Positions 19,564-29,732 are shown, counted from the stretch's first letter. The stretch: DNA of 64,000 nucleotides from Candidatus Latescibacterota bacterium (GCA_965200315.1 OZ241362.1:4736001-4800000), one strand, 5' to 3'. Numbers and translations: made by a program. Notes: a model not told the origin generated them from the sequence alone.

Positions 19564-19592
19564 TTGACGCGGCGATTTTTATTCCCTAGCTT
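19564..19592 (+). promoter_or_regulatory. Putative sigma70 promoter of the ABC operon
   Basis: TTGACG-17 nt-TAGCTT, 32 nt before ATG 19625. Confidence 0.5.
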
Positions 19593-19624
19593 TAATGTTT
19601 CTCTAAATCCACCCGTATATACTC

Positions 19625-20635
19625 ATGTCTTGGAATTTTGTCGTCAAAAGAGTCGCCCTTTTCCTGATCGTAGTATGGGCCGCGGCGAGCGTGAACTTTT
19701 TTGTGCCGCGGCTGGGTACGGGCCGCGATCCCATCCGCGAGAAGCTCGGCCAGCTAGCCGCCAGCGGTGGTTTGCGCCAAGACGGCATTGAGGCCATGGT
19801 CAAGGCCTATCAGGCCAAGTTCGGTCTCGACAAACCGCTCCACGTCCAATACTTCAACTTTCTCAGCGACACCTTTACGCTCGACTTGGGCTATTCGCTG
19901 GCCAACTATCCGGCTCGCGTCGGGCAGATCATCGGCAATGCCATTCCGTGGACCATTGGCCTGATGATCATTTCAGTGCTGCTCGGATTTGCCTTGGGTA
20001 CGCTCATGGGGGCGCTGTCGGCTTGGCCATCGGCACCGCGCTTTACGCGCAACTTGGCGGTGCCGATGATGACCTTGTCGGCGATTCCGCCCTACCTGCT
20101 AGGGCTAATTGTGCTCTACATATTGGGCCTCAAGCTGAACCTCTTCCCGCTGTCGGGCGGGTACTCGCCCGGCATGTTGGCGATCTTCAGTCCCGCCTTT
20201 GTCCTCGACGTGTTGCACCATTCGATTTTGCCAGCACTGGCCATTGTCTTGCAGCAGGTCGGCTTCTGGGCGCTGGGGATGCGGGGGATGATGGTCACCA
20301 CCTCGGGCGAGGATTACATCACGCTGGCCGAGGCCAATGGCCTGCGCAACCGCACGATCTTCTTCCGCTTCGGCCTGCGCAACGCCCTGCTGCCGCAGCT
20401 TACGGCGCTGGGGCTGTCGCTGGCCAACGTGGTCGCCGGTCAGGTCATCGTCGAGGTAATTTTCGCCTATCCGGGGATCGGCACGGTGCTCTTTCAGGCC
20501 ATCCAAGCCTCGGATTATACGGTTATCAACGGCGTAGTGCTGATTCTCATCATGTCCATCGGCTTGGTGACCATGCTGATGGACTTCTTCTATCCGCTGC
20601 TCGACCCGCGGATTTCCCATAGCCGCCACCACTAG
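19625..20635 (+). CDS. ABC transporter permease (DppB/OppB-like)
   Basis: FGLDKPLHVQY, EDYITLAEANGL (EAA loop), LDPRI. Confidence 0.92.
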   Translation: MSWNFVVKRVALFLIVVWAAASVNFFVPRLGTGRDPIREKLGQLAASGGLRQDGIEAMVKAYQAKFGLDKPLHVQYFNFLSDTFTLDLGYSLANYPARVGQIIGNAIPWTIGLMIISVLLGFALGTLMGALSAWPSAPRFTRNLAVPMMTLSAIPPYLLGLIVLYILGLKLNLFPLSGGYSPGMLAIFSPAFVLDVLHHSILPALAIVLQQVGFWALGMRGMMVTTSGEDYITLAEANGLRNRTIFFRFGLRNALLPQLTALGLSLANVVAGQVIVEVIFAYPGIGTVLFQAIQASDYTVINGVVLILIMSIGLVTMLMDFFYPLLDPRISHSRHH

Positions 20636-20637
20636 CC

Positions 20638-21495
20638 ATGCATCGCTTAGACCAAATTCTCTACTACTTGCGCGAAAGCCCAATGCTTGCGGCCGGTCTG
20701 TGCATGATCCTGTTGGTAGTGCTGTTCGGGGTCTTGGGGCCGATCTTCGTCGATACCTCGCTGGCCCAGCCGCTGGCCACGCCGCCGCGACAAGCGCCCT
20801 CGCTGGAGCACCCCTTTGGCACCGACGACTCTGGCCGCGATCTCCTCGCCGTGATGGTGGTGGGGGTGCCGCTAACCATGCGGATTGGTCTGTTGGCCGG
20901 TACGGTAGGGCTGGGGCTGGGCATTTTCCTCGGCTTTACGAGCGGCTATATGGGCGGCAAGATCGACACGATCATCCGCGGCCTCGTGGATACGCTGCTT
21001 ACGGTGCCCGGCCTCGTGGTGCTGGTCTCCATCGCCTCGACGATCCGCGAGGAAATCAGCGTCAACATCATGGCCTTGGTGGTGGCTTCGCTGGCGTGGA
21101 TGTGGCCCACGCGCACGATTCGCTCGCAGGTCTTGACCATGCGCGAGCGGGCGTACGTGCAGATGGCCAAACTCAATGGCATGAGCAACGGCGAGATCAT
21201 CTGGAAGGAGCTTTTCCCCAATCTGCTGCCCTATCTCGCGGCCAATTTTACCAATGCCGTCAACTGGGCCATTCTCTCGTCGATTGGCCTAGAGGCCCTC
21301 GGGTTGGGGCCGCAGAACGATCCAACGGTCGGCATGACCATTTATTGGGCCATTACGTTCAGTGCGCTCATCCGCGGCATGTGGTGGTGGTGGGCGATTC
21401 CAATTTTCTTTATCGGCGTGATCTTCGTCGGCTTGTTGATGACTGCGGCTGGCTTAGACGAGCTGGCCAACCCCAAACAGCGCAAGGCCGTATGA
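20638..21495 (+). CDS. ABC transporter permease (DppC/OppC-like)
   Basis: HPFGTDDSGRDL, EAA-like loop, ANPK C-terminus. Confidence 0.92.
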   Translation: MHRLDQILYYLRESPMLAAGLCMILLVVLFGVLGPIFVDTSLAQPLATPPRQAPSLEHPFGTDDSGRDLLAVMVVGVPLTMRIGLLAGTVGLGLGIFLGFTSGYMGGKIDTIIRGLVDTLLTVPGLVVLVSIASTIREEISVNIMALVVASLAWMWPTRTIRSQVLTMRERAYVQMAKLNGMSNGEIIWKELFPNLLPYLAANFTNAVNWAILSSIGLEALGLGPQNDPTVGMTIYWAITFSALIRGMWWWWAIPIFFIGVIFVGLLMTAAGLDELANPKQRKAV

Positions 21496-22523
21496 GCAAG
21501 GCCGACAAAGAGGGCTTCGGCGAGCTCAGCCGAGACGTCCTGCTGGACATTCGCGGCTTGGAGGTCCACTTCGAGACCCGGCGCGGCATTGCCCGCGCTG
21601 TCAACATGGTCGATCTGACCCTGTACAAAGGCGAGCGCTTTGGCCTCGTCGGCGAATCCGGCAGCGGCAAGACCACGTTGATTTTGGCGCTGTTGCGGAT
21701 GATCAAGACGCCGGGCTTCATCGCCGGAGGCAGCGCGGCCTTAGACGACGGGACCGACCTGATCCAACTCGACCGCGAGCAAGTGCGGCAAGCCCGGCTC
21801 AAGCGGGTCGCCATGGTGCCTCAGGGCGCGATGAACTCGCTCAACCCGGTGATGAGGATCGGGGAACAGCTCATGCTGACGATGCGCGAGCATGCGGTCG
21901 AGCAATCTCCGCCGCCCAAGGCCGCGCAAATGGAGCGCGCGATTGGGCTATTGGACAAGGTCGGGCTGAAGCCGGAAGTGGCCCGTCTTTATCCCCACGA
22001 ATTGAGCGGCGGCATGAAGCAGCGGGCCTGCATTGCCCAGGCCATCTCGCTCGATCCGCAGCTCATCTTGGCCGACGAGCCGACCTCGGCCCTCGACGTG
22101 GTGGTGCAGCGGCAAATCATGCAGACCTTGCGCCAGCTACAGCACCAGCTCAACGCCACCGTGCTTTTGGTGGGCCACGACATGGGCCTGATGGCGCAGT
22201 TTGCCGAGCGCGTGGGCATCATGTACGGCGGCAAATTGGTCGAGGTGGGTCGGGTTGAGGAGATTTTTCACAATCCTCAACATCCCTACACTCAGCTCTT
22301 GATTTCCAGCATTCCCTCGTTTGAGACCAAGGGCGAGTTCAAGGGCATTCCCGGGGTCGCGCTGTCGTTGTTGGAGCCGCCGTCGGGCTGCCTCTTCCAC
22401 CCGCGCTGTCCCCAAGCCATGCCCCAGTGCAGCCAGCGCATCCCCACCTTGAAAACGGTCGCCCCCGACCACTTAGCGTCGTGTTTGTTGCACGAGGAGG
22501 ACGCCGATGCCCCCGCTTCTTGA
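21492..22523 (+). CDS. ABC transporter ATP-binding protein (DppD/OppD-like)
   Basis: Start MSKADK (ATGA overlap); GESGSGKT, LSGGMKQR, DEPT, HPYT, GCLFHPRC. Confidence 0.93.
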   Translation: MSKADKEGFGELSRDVLLDIRGLEVHFETRRGIARAVNMVDLTLYKGERFGLVGESGSGKTTLILALLRMIKTPGFIAGGSAALDDGTDLIQLDREQVRQARLKRVAMVPQGAMNSLNPVMRIGEQLMLTMREHAVEQSPPPKAAQMERAIGLLDKVGLKPEVARLYPHELSGGMKQRACIAQAISLDPQLILADEPTSALDVVVQRQIMQTLRQLQHQLNATVLLVGHDMGLMAQFAERVGIMYGGKLVEVGRVEEIFHNPQHPYTQLLISSIPSFETKGEFKGIPGVALSLLEPPSGCLFHPRCPQAMPQCSQRIPTLKTVAPDHLASCLLHEEDADAPAS

Positions 22524-23562
22524 GGCGCGTCACCTGCGCAAAGTTTTTTGCAGCGGCGGCCAGCGCTTCGGCCCCAGTATCGAGACTGTAGCTGTCGACG
22601 ATTTTTCCCTGTCGATTGACGCCGAACGGCCCTCCTTTACCACGATTGCCGGCGAGTCCGGCAGCGGTAAGACCACAATCGCCCGCATGTTGCTCGGAGT
22701 GCTCAATCCGAGTGCCGGCGAGGTGCGCTACCAAGGCAGCGATGTACACGACCTGCTGAAAGAGGAGCGGCAGCAATTCCGCAAGGACGTGCAGGCGATT
22801 TTTCAAGACCCCTTTGAGGTGTACAATCCCTTCTACAAGATCGATCACATCCTGACGACGCCAGTGCGGAAGTTCGGATTGGCTGCGTCCAAGGCCGATG
22901 CGTACGACAAGATACGCGAGGCCCTGCGCACGGTCGGGCTGCGGCCCGAAGAAACGCTGGGCCGCTATCCCCACCAGCTTTCGGGGGGGCAGCGCCAGCG
23001 CATCACCATTGCGCGGGCACTCTTGCTCAAGCCCAAGCTAATCATCGCCGACGAACCGGTGTCTATGGTCGACGCCTCGCTCCGCGCCACCATTCTCTCC
23101 ACCCTGCACGCGCTGTATCGCGATTTCGGCATTTCCTTTATCTACATCACCCACGATCTGACGACCGCGTACCAAGTCAGCGAGAACATCGTCATCCTAT
23201 TCCACGGGGCCGTGGCCGAGGCTGGCCACACCGAGAAGGTGATCAAAGATCCGCAGCATCCCTATACGCGCGAGCTCATTCACTCGATTCCGGTGCCCGA
23301 GCCGGGGCGCGAGTGGATCGACGAAGCGGTGGAAGAAAAGGAAGTGGTCGATATAGAGGATCTAGAGGCCGAAGAGGCGGCTGCCGGCTGTCGCTACGTG
23401 CTGCGCTGTCCCCAAGCCATGGCCCTGTGTGCGGCCGCGCCGCCGTTTTACCGGCCAGAGGCCGAGCGGGCGGTGGCTTGTTTTCTGCACGCCGAGTCGC
23501 CGGTGTTGGAAAGCGGCGATCTAAACGAAGTGTTTTCGGCAGCAGCCGACGCGCAGGAATAA
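22507..23562 (+). CDS. ABC transporter ATP-binding protein (DppF/OppF-like)
   Basis: GESGSGKT, LSGGQRQR, DEPV, HPYT. Confidence 0.93.
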   Translation: MPPLLEARHLRKVFCSGGQRFGPSIETVAVDDFSLSIDAERPSFTTIAGESGSGKTTIARMLLGVLNPSAGEVRYQGSDVHDLLKEERQQFRKDVQAIFQDPFEVYNPFYKIDHILTTPVRKFGLAASKADAYDKIREALRTVGLRPEETLGRYPHQLSGGQRQRITIARALLLKPKLIIADEPVSMVDASLRATILSTLHALYRDFGISFIYITHDLTTAYQVSENIVILFHGAVAEAGHTEKVIKDPQHPYTRELIHSIPVPEPGREWIDEAVEEKEVVDIEDLEAEEAAAGCRYVLRCPQAMALCAAAPPFYRPEAERAVACFLHAESPVLESGDLNEVFSAAADAQE

Positions 23563-23578
23563 TTTTCCGGAGGAGTCC

Positions 23579-25309
23579 ATGCAGGGTCTGTTGTTGTGCT
23601 TGGTGGGGGTGCTGTTGGTCGGCTGTGGAGACGGAGGGCACAAGAATGTGCCGCGGAGCCGGACCTTGGTCATGGATTGTTCCAGCTTGCAAGACTGTAG
23701 CGGGCAGATCAAGGACTACAACTCGTTTAACCCGTTTTTGCTGACCGGCGTTTCCAAGACGGGTTGGAACTTCCAGTACGAGCCGCTGTATTTCTACAAC
23801 GCGTACAGCCTGCAAGCCGACAACATCATCCCTTGGATCGCCACCGGGCACGAGTACAACGAAGACTACACCGCGGTCACCATCCACATCCGCGAGGGAG
23901 TCGAGTGGAGCGATGGGCAGCCGTGGACGGCGCACGACTTGGTCTTTACGATCAACATGCTCAAGGACCACGCGCCGCATCTGTCTTTTTCCACGGATAT
24001 GCAGACGTGGGTAAAAAGCGCGGTGGCGACTGACGATCACACGGCTAAAATCGCGCTGACCAAGCCCAATCCGCGCTTTGTCTTCAGCTACTTCACCAAC
24101 AACTTTGACAACGGCATCCCCATTGTACCCAAGCACATTTGGGCGGGCCAAGACCCACAGACGTTCAACAACTTCGACCCGGAAAAAGGCTGGCCCGTGG
24201 CCAGCGGCCCATACGAGATTCTCATTTCTGTGCCCGCGCAGCGAGTGTGGGATTTGCGCCCGGGCTGGTGGGCGCAAAAGACGGGCTTTCGCCAGCCGCC
24301 GGCCGTGGAGCGCATCATCTACCTGACGCACATGGAGGAGACCAAGCGAGTGCAGAACTTGATCTCCAATGCCATGGATACCTGCCTCGACATCCGGCCG
24401 CCGAATATACAGTCGATTCTCGACGCCAATCCCAACGTCTCTACGTGGACCGGGCGCGAGCTGCCGCTCGGGTATCTCGACTGGTGGCCGGTGTGCTTGG
24501 GATTCAACAATTTGGAGCCGCCGTTTAACGACCCGGAGATCCGCCGCGCCATCAACTACGCCATTGACCGCGACCAATTGGTGGCCATTGGCTGGCAGGG
24601 AGCCGGGACCAAATCGCATCTGCCGCTACCGGACTTCCCGCCCATCCGCCAATACACCGACGCGATTCAAGACTTGGTGGAAAAGTATGAAATCGGCGTC
24701 CACGACCCGGCCAAAGCCGCGGCGATTATGGAGCGCAAGGGGTGGCGCAAGGACGCCGAGGGCTTTTGGACTAAAGAGGGCGAGCGGCTCAAAATCGTCA
24801 TTGACATTTTCGACATTTTCGCCGACTTAACGCCGGTTTTGGTGGCGCAGTTGGAACGCGCTGGTTTCGACGCTGACTTCCGCATGACGCCCGATGCGTT
24901 TTCGCGCATGGCGCAGGGCGCGGCGCGGGCTTTCTTAATGGGCAATGGCGCGAGCGTACGCGATCCGTACTTCACCTTGCGGCTCTACCACAGCCGTTTC
25001 GTCCGCCCCACCGGCACGCACTCCGAGCGGTTTTGGCGCTGGTCGAACCCGGAGTTTGACGCGCTGGTCGATCAGATGGGGCAGACTGCGCCCGACGACC
25101 CGGCGCTGCAAACGCTCTTCCGCGAGGCCATGGAAATCTGGCTGGCCGAGTTGCCCGCCATCCCCATCGTTCAGTGGTATCACCGCATCCCACACAATCA
25201 GACCTATTGGCAGAACTGGCCGTCGGCGAAAAACCCGTATATCAACAGTGCCTACTGGCACAACACGTGGCTGTTGGTGTTGCTCGGGCTGGAGCCGGTG
25301 GGGGGATAG
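23579..25309 (+). CDS. ABC substrate-binding lipoprotein, family 5
   Basis: GGAG RBS, LVGC lipobox, IREGVEWSDGQPWTAHD, PFNDPEIRRAINYAIDR. Confidence 0.92.
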   Translation: MQGLLLCLVGVLLVGCGDGGHKNVPRSRTLVMDCSSLQDCSGQIKDYNSFNPFLLTGVSKTGWNFQYEPLYFYNAYSLQADNIIPWIATGHEYNEDYTAVTIHIREGVEWSDGQPWTAHDLVFTINMLKDHAPHLSFSTDMQTWVKSAVATDDHTAKIALTKPNPRFVFSYFTNNFDNGIPIVPKHIWAGQDPQTFNNFDPEKGWPVASGPYEILISVPAQRVWDLRPGWWAQKTGFRQPPAVERIIYLTHMEETKRVQNLISNAMDTCLDIRPPNIQSILDANPNVSTWTGRELPLGYLDWWPVCLGFNNLEPPFNDPEIRRAINYAIDRDQLVAIGWQGAGTKSHLPLPDFPPIRQYTDAIQDLVEKYEIGVHDPAKAAAIMERKGWRKDAEGFWTKEGERLKIVIDIFDIFADLTPVLVAQLERAGFDADFRMTPDAFSRMAQGAARAFLMGNGASVRDPYFTLRLYHSRFVRPTGTHSERFWRWSNPEFDALVDQMGQTAPDDPALQTLFREAMEIWLAELPAIPIVQWYHRIPHNQTYWQNWPSAKNPYINSAYWHNTWLLVLLGLEPVGG

Positions 25310-25390
25310 CGGCGCATGTCTGATGCGCTTCGTCTAGATGGGGCCGTGGCTTAGTGCAGGCGAAACCGCGCCAACGTCGGAGAAGGCTTA

Positions 25391-25486
25391 ATGAATATAG
25401 ACCAGTTAAGTGAACAACTATCTGGGATTAGAGATAAGGGATATGTTGTTTCATTGAGGAAAGGTAACAGAGTACAAATACTATGA
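25391..25486 (+). pseudogene. 31-aa stub of an MvaI/BcnI-family restriction endonuclease
   Basis: MNIDQLSEQLSGIRDKGYVVSLRKGNRVQIL*, AT-rich; stop overlaps the methyltransferase ATG (ATGA). Confidence 0.55.
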
Positions 25487-26730
25487 TAGACACGAACTGT
25501 AAATACAAAGATGAAGCCTGGGATTTCAGAAAAACGGATACCAAGGAATATACTCACTGTTTTCACAATTATCCCGCGATGATGATTCCCCATATTGCCA
25601 GGAATCTCTTAGAGCGATATGGTAGTACAGGTGGATGGTTGTTAGATCCTTATTGTGGTACTGGTACATCCTTGGTAGAGGCATCTATATTTGGAATGAA
25701 TGGCATTGGATGTGATATAAACCCCCTCATGAGACTGGTCGCAACAGCTAAGACCTCGCCGCTCTCTCTACAAATCCTTGATTTTCATTTGAGGGATTTA
25801 GATAACACTATCTTTCAAGCTGGTTTCTCTAATAAAATACCTCATACGCCAGTCCCTGATGTCCTAAATCTGGACTATTGGTTCTCTGAAGATGTTACGA
25901 CGTACCTGTCTTTTCTTCGCTCGTACATTTACGCGATAGAAGATGAAGGAGTTCGCAATTTCTTTTGGGTTGCATTTTCAGAGACAGTTCGGGAGTGTTC
26001 CTACACGAAGAATAGCGAGTTCAAATTAAACAGAATATCGTCTCAGAAAATGAAAAATTTCAAGCCGGATGTTTTCGGTATTTTACAGAACAAGCTAAGA
26101 CGAAATCGGTTGGGTTTTGGCAATTATCTAAACAAAAGAAAAAATGTCGATATGTTTGTTTCGGGTAAGAATACTGCAAATGGCGAATTGCCCGAAAAGA
26201 AACCGTTGAGGGGTTTCGATTTGGTCGTCACCTCTCCGCCTTATGGCGACTCACAAACAACCGTTGCGTATGGGCAATTTTCGCGTTTATCGGCTGATTG
26301 GATCGGCTTACTTGATTCTCGCAAAGTTGACCGAATATCAATGGGAGGTAAAAAAAAAGAAAGGAGATTGTGTGCGTCTCCAGTTGCGGAGGCCATTAGA
26401 AAAATCCGTGCAGTGGATGAAAAACGCGCTATGCAGGTCGAGGCATTTTACATTGATTTAGAGCATAGTATAAATTGCATCGCGCCACTGCTCAAAAAAC
26501 ATGCAACGATTTGCTATGTAGTTGGTAATCGTCGGGTTAAAGATGTTATTCTGCCGACAGACGAGTTTGTTGTTTTTGCCTTCGCTCAGCATGGATTTTC
26601 TCATCGAAAAACCATCGTTAGGAATATACCTAATAAACGCATGCCGCAAAAGAACAGTCCTTCCAACATTGTGGGTAGGACGGCTACCACGATGCAAGAG
26701 GAAAACATCGTTATTTGTCAACGGCTGTGA
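25483..26730 (+). CDS. N4-cytosine DNA methyltransferase, M.MvaI-like (alpha class)
   Basis: THCFHNYPAMMIP, motif I DPYCGTGT before motif IV TSPPY; markedly AT-rich relative to flanks. Confidence 0.88.
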   Translation: MIDTNCKYKDEAWDFRKTDTKEYTHCFHNYPAMMIPHIARNLLERYGSTGGWLLDPYCGTGTSLVEASIFGMNGIGCDINPLMRLVATAKTSPLSLQILDFHLRDLDNTIFQAGFSNKIPHTPVPDVLNLDYWFSEDVTTYLSFLRSYIYAIEDEGVRNFFWVAFSETVRECSYTKNSEFKLNRISSQKMKNFKPDVFGILQNKLRRNRLGFGNYLNKRKNVDMFVSGKNTANGELPEKKPLRGFDLVVTSPPYGDSQTTVAYGQFSRLSADWIGLLDSRKVDRISMGGKKKERRLCASPVAEAIRKIRAVDEKRAMQVEAFYIDLEHSINCIAPLLKKHATICYVVGNRRVKDVILPTDEFVVFAFAQHGFSHRKTIVRNIPNKRMPQKNSPSNIVGRTATTMQEENIVICQRL

Positions 26731-26876
26731 TTAAATTAGTCGTAGAGATCATGCGCGTTATGGCGTTGCGAAAAGTCGAAGCTGAGCCGCGCCGACATCG
26801 TTCGCTAAGTAGAGGATCGACGGCCTCAGCGTAGCTTTGGAGCGGCTGCGCGACAGCGGATAAAAGGAGGACAACT

Positions 26877-27743
26877 ATGCGCTATCGGCGATTGGGGCGG
26901 ACAGAGTTGCAAGTGAGCGCGGTCAGCCTAGGAGGGGCCTACTTGGGGGGCAAGGAGCCCGAGTGCGCCGAGGAAAACGCCCGGGCAATTGTGCGGCGTG
27001 CGTTGGATTTGGGCTGCAATTACATCGATACGGCCCCGCTCTACGGGGCTAGCGAAGAGTTGCTGGGCAAGGCACTGGCCGGGGAGTGCCGCCCCTTTTA
27101 TTTGGCGACCAAGGTAGGGTTTAAGCCGGAAGGCTTTGACTACCGGCGCGATTCGGTCTTGCAGAGCTTGGAGCGCAGCTTGGCCTTGCTGGGCCTAGCT
27201 AAGTTGACGGTGGCACAGATCCACGAAGTGAACATGGCGGGCTGGGAGCGGATCGTGGAAAAGGGCGGCGTGTTGGAAGGGTTGCGCGCCGCGCAAAAAC
27301 AGGGGCTGTGCGATTTTATCGGCGTGACGGGCCGGGCCATCCCCCTGTTGGCGCGGCTGGCGGCGACCGGAGAATTTGATACGGTGCTGTGCTATCACGA
27401 CTATCATCCCTGTGTGCAGTTGGCGGCGGACGAGGTGTTGCCAGCGGCGGCAGCGAGTGATATGGGTGTGGTGCTGGCAACGGTGCTGGCTGGGGGTATG
27501 TACGTCGCTGGCGAGAACCAGCACGTGGCGGTGGAGCGTCGGTTTGAGCGCGAGGAAGAGCGACAACGCGCTTGGGCGACAATTGCCCGGCTGGTTCAGG
27601 AGGAGTCGACGCTGCCGCAGAGCGCGTTTCGCTGGGTCTTAGCCGACGAGCGGGTAACGACTGTGGCCAGCGGCGCGGCGAGCGTGGCCGAGCTGGAGGA
27701 AGTGGCGCAGGCCGGGGATATGGAACCGCTGATGAGCGGGTAG
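26877..27743 (+). CDS. Aldo/keto reductase
   Basis: AAGGAGG RBS; YRRLGRTELQVS, IDTAPLYG, ATKVG. Confidence 0.92.
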   Translation: MRYRRLGRTELQVSAVSLGGAYLGGKEPECAEENARAIVRRALDLGCNYIDTAPLYGASEELLGKALAGECRPFYLATKVGFKPEGFDYRRDSVLQSLERSLALLGLAKLTVAQIHEVNMAGWERIVEKGGVLEGLRAAQKQGLCDFIGVTGRAIPLLARLAATGEFDTVLCYHDYHPCVQLAADEVLPAAAASDMGVVLATVLAGGMYVAGENQHVAVERRFEREEERQRAWATIARLVQEESTLPQSAFRWVLADERVTTVASGAASVAELEEVAQAGDMEPLMSG

Positions 27744-27755
27744 GCCGCGGTCGGG

Positions 27756-28373
27756 TCAGAGCTTGATGACGGCGATGAGGACGCCAGTGATGGCCACCAA
27801 AGTGCCCATCATCCACAGGAAATAGGTGTCCATGCGCTGGTGGACGGCGCGGATCTGCTCGCCTAAGTCGCGGTTGGTGTCGTCAATGCGGCTGCCCAAG
27901 TCGCGGTTGGTGTCGTCTATGCGCTGGTGGACGGCGCGGATCTGCTCGCCCAAGTCGCGGTTGGTCTCGTCAATGCGGTTGCCCAAGACGCGGTTGGTCT
28001 CTTTGAGGCCATCATTCAATAAGCGGTTGGTGTCGTCTATGCGCTGGTGGACGGCGCGGATCTGCTCGCCTAAGTCGCGGTTGGTGTCGTCAATGCGGCT
28101 GCCCAAGTCGCGGTTGGTGTCGTCTATGCGCTGGTGGACGGCGCGGATCTGCTCGCCCAAGTCGCGGTTGGTCTCTTTGAGGCCATCATTCAATAAGCGG
28201 TTGGTCTCGTCCATGCGCTGGTGGACGATTCCTATTTCGGTGCGCAGACCTTGAATGTCGTCGTGCGATTGGGTGCGCAGACCTTGAATGTCGTCGTGCA
28301 GATAGCTAATACTCCAAGGCATTTCTTCGGGGGTGGGGATCGCACGGGTTTGCCGATCGGCACTTTCGCTCAT
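27756..28373 (-). CDS. Hendecad-repeat coiled-coil protein with C-terminal membrane anchor (DUF1640/CCDC90-like architecture)
   Basis: CAGGAG RBS; 11- and 18-aa repeats RIDDTNRDLG(S/EQIRAVHQ); hydrophobic tail FLWMMGTLVAITGVLIAVIKL. Confidence 0.8.
   Translation of the reverse strand: MSESADRQTRAIPTPEEMPWSISYLHDDIQGLRTQSHDDIQGLRTEIGIVHQRMDETNRLLNDGLKETNRDLGEQIRAVHQRIDDTNRDLGSRIDDTNRDLGEQIRAVHQRIDDTNRLLNDGLKETNRVLGNRIDETNRDLGEQIRAVHQRIDDTNRDLGSRIDDTNRDLGEQIRAVHQRMDTYFLWMMGTLVAITGVLIAVIKL
27830..28299. repeat. In-frame tandem repeats of 33-bp and 54-bp modules
   Basis: Near-identical units such as ATGCGCTGGTGGACGGCGCGGATCTGCTCGCC (4 copies) and GGTGCGCAGACCTTGAATGTCGTCGTGC (2 copies). Confidence 0.9.
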
Positions 28374-28459
28374 GGTTACGCTCCTGTATCAGGCGAGGGT
28401 AGGGAAAATATAAACCGAGTGCTAAAAACTACCAACAGGCGGCTTTTATACATGCCTAA

Positions 28460-28475
28460 TGCAATATCTGTGCCA
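28460..28475 (-). promoter_or_regulatory. Sigma54 (-24/-12) promoter
   Basis: Minus strand reads TGGCAC-AGATA-TTGCA, matching TGGCAC-N5-TTGCW, 86 nt upstream of ATG 28373. Confidence 0.7.
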
Positions 28476-28575
28476 GCGCCGATAGTCTGATAAGGCGGCT
28501 TGGGATCGGCGCACCTTGGGTCGAATAGTATCCATCAATGGGTACTAAGAGACTCTAAGAAGCATGGTACGTTTC

Positions 28576-29628
28576 TTAGATCCACCCATGCTGAGTGGTT
28601 ACGGGTGCGCCGGAAGTTTGGGTCTGCCAATGCGGCTTGCGGCCTATTTTGACCTCGCGGCGGGTGAGGGACGAGGCTTCGGCCGCGAAGAGGATTTCCA
28701 TGATGTGCCGCCCGTATTGGCCGTGAGTCGGCGGCTCGATGTTGAGCGCGATGGCCTCGGCAAAGCGCTGCCACTCGTGGTACATTTCGCTCGGCGCGTT
28801 TTCAAACGGGACGTCTTCCCACGTATCGCCCTGGCCTATTTTGACGTACTTCTCGCCGTGCTGGCTGAAGCGCAGCGAGCCGTTGGCGCAGATCACTTGG
28901 CATTCAAAATTCGGCGCACCGTCTGCAAACCCCACAGCCACGGCCGTGCCGGCGAGGCCGTTTTTGTAGCGGATAAAGGCCGTGGCTGAATCGTCGCTGG
29001 CTTGGTAGTGCGCACGAGTGCCAATGGCGGCTGAGACCGACGCGGCTTGCGACGCCATCACCCACGTGAGCCGATCGACGACGTGAACGCCGTTGGTCAA
29101 CCACATGCCGCCGCCGTGGAAGCGGCTGCGGTATTGGGGCCGCCGACCGGCGAAATTCCAGTTTTTCGACATGTAGCTGACCGCCGTAATCACCGGGCCG
29201 AGCTGGCCAGAGTCGAGGATTTCCTTGGCCTTGAGGCTGGTGCTGTAAAAGTGCTGCGACAGCCCGACCATCAGCTTGACGTTGTTTTCGGCGGCCGCGG
29301 CGACCATGGCGTCGCATTGCGCTAGGTTGATGGCCATGGGCTTTTCGACGAGTACGTGCTTGCCGGCGCGGCAGGCGTCGATGGTGAGCTGGTGGTGCAA
29401 TTGGTGGCCGAGCACGACGGCGACCGCATCGACGTCGGCATCCTCTAAGAGTTCGTGGTGCGTTGGGTAGCCCTTGGGGATGTGGTATTTGTCCATGTAC
29501 TCGCGCCGCTTTTCTTCCAATAGATCGGCGACTGCTACTACTTCTACTTGGTCGAGATGGGCGATTGCATCGCAGTGGGAGCGGGCGATGCCGCCGAGGC
29601 CAATGATGCCGACTTTGAGCGCTGCCAT
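28576..29628 (-). CDS. Gfo/Idh/MocA oxidoreductase
   Basis: KVGIIGLGGIA, HVLVEKPMA, GGGMWLTNGVH; start MAALK. Confidence 0.92.
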   Translation of the reverse strand: MAALKVGIIGLGGIARSHCDAIAHLDQVEVVAVADLLEEKRREYMDKYHIPKGYPTHHELLEDADVDAVAVVLGHQLHHQLTIDACRAGKHVLVEKPMAINLAQCDAMVAAAAENNVKLMVGLSQHFYSTSLKAKEILDSGQLGPVITAVSYMSKNWNFAGRRPQYRSRFHGGGMWLTNGVHVVDRLTWVMASQAASVSAAIGTRAHYQASDDSATAFIRYKNGLAGTAVAVGFADGAPNFECQVICANGSLRFSQHGEKYVKIGQGDTWEDVPFENAPSEMYHEWQRFAEAIALNIEPPTHGQYGRHIMEILFAAEASSLTRREVKIGRKPHWQTQTSGAPVTTQHGWI

Positions 29629-29703
29629 TGTGGTATCCTTTGGTGTGAATGAGGGTGAGGTAAGTATAGAATGCGGCTTGGTCGGCGACAAATCGGCGCA
29701 TGT

Positions 29704-29732
29704 TTGCGCTGAAATAGATAATGACCTAAGAT
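29704..29732 (+). promoter_or_regulatory. Putative sigma70 promoter, probably leaderless transcript
   Basis: TTGCGC-17 nt-TAAGAT; ATG begins 7 nt after the -10 box; no SD. Confidence 0.45.

Noticed and set aside
20700-21491. Apparent N-terminal extension of the ABC ATPase (607-aa ORF)
   Set aside because: Overlaps the permease in another frame; the real start is 21492.
23276-24619. 447-aa minus-strand ORF and similar long antisense ORFs
   Set aside because: Shadows of real genes in GC-rich DNA.
27830-28299. Possible CRISPR array
   Set aside because: Units are multiples of 3, contiguous, lack unique spacers and encode a coiled coil; no cas genes seen.
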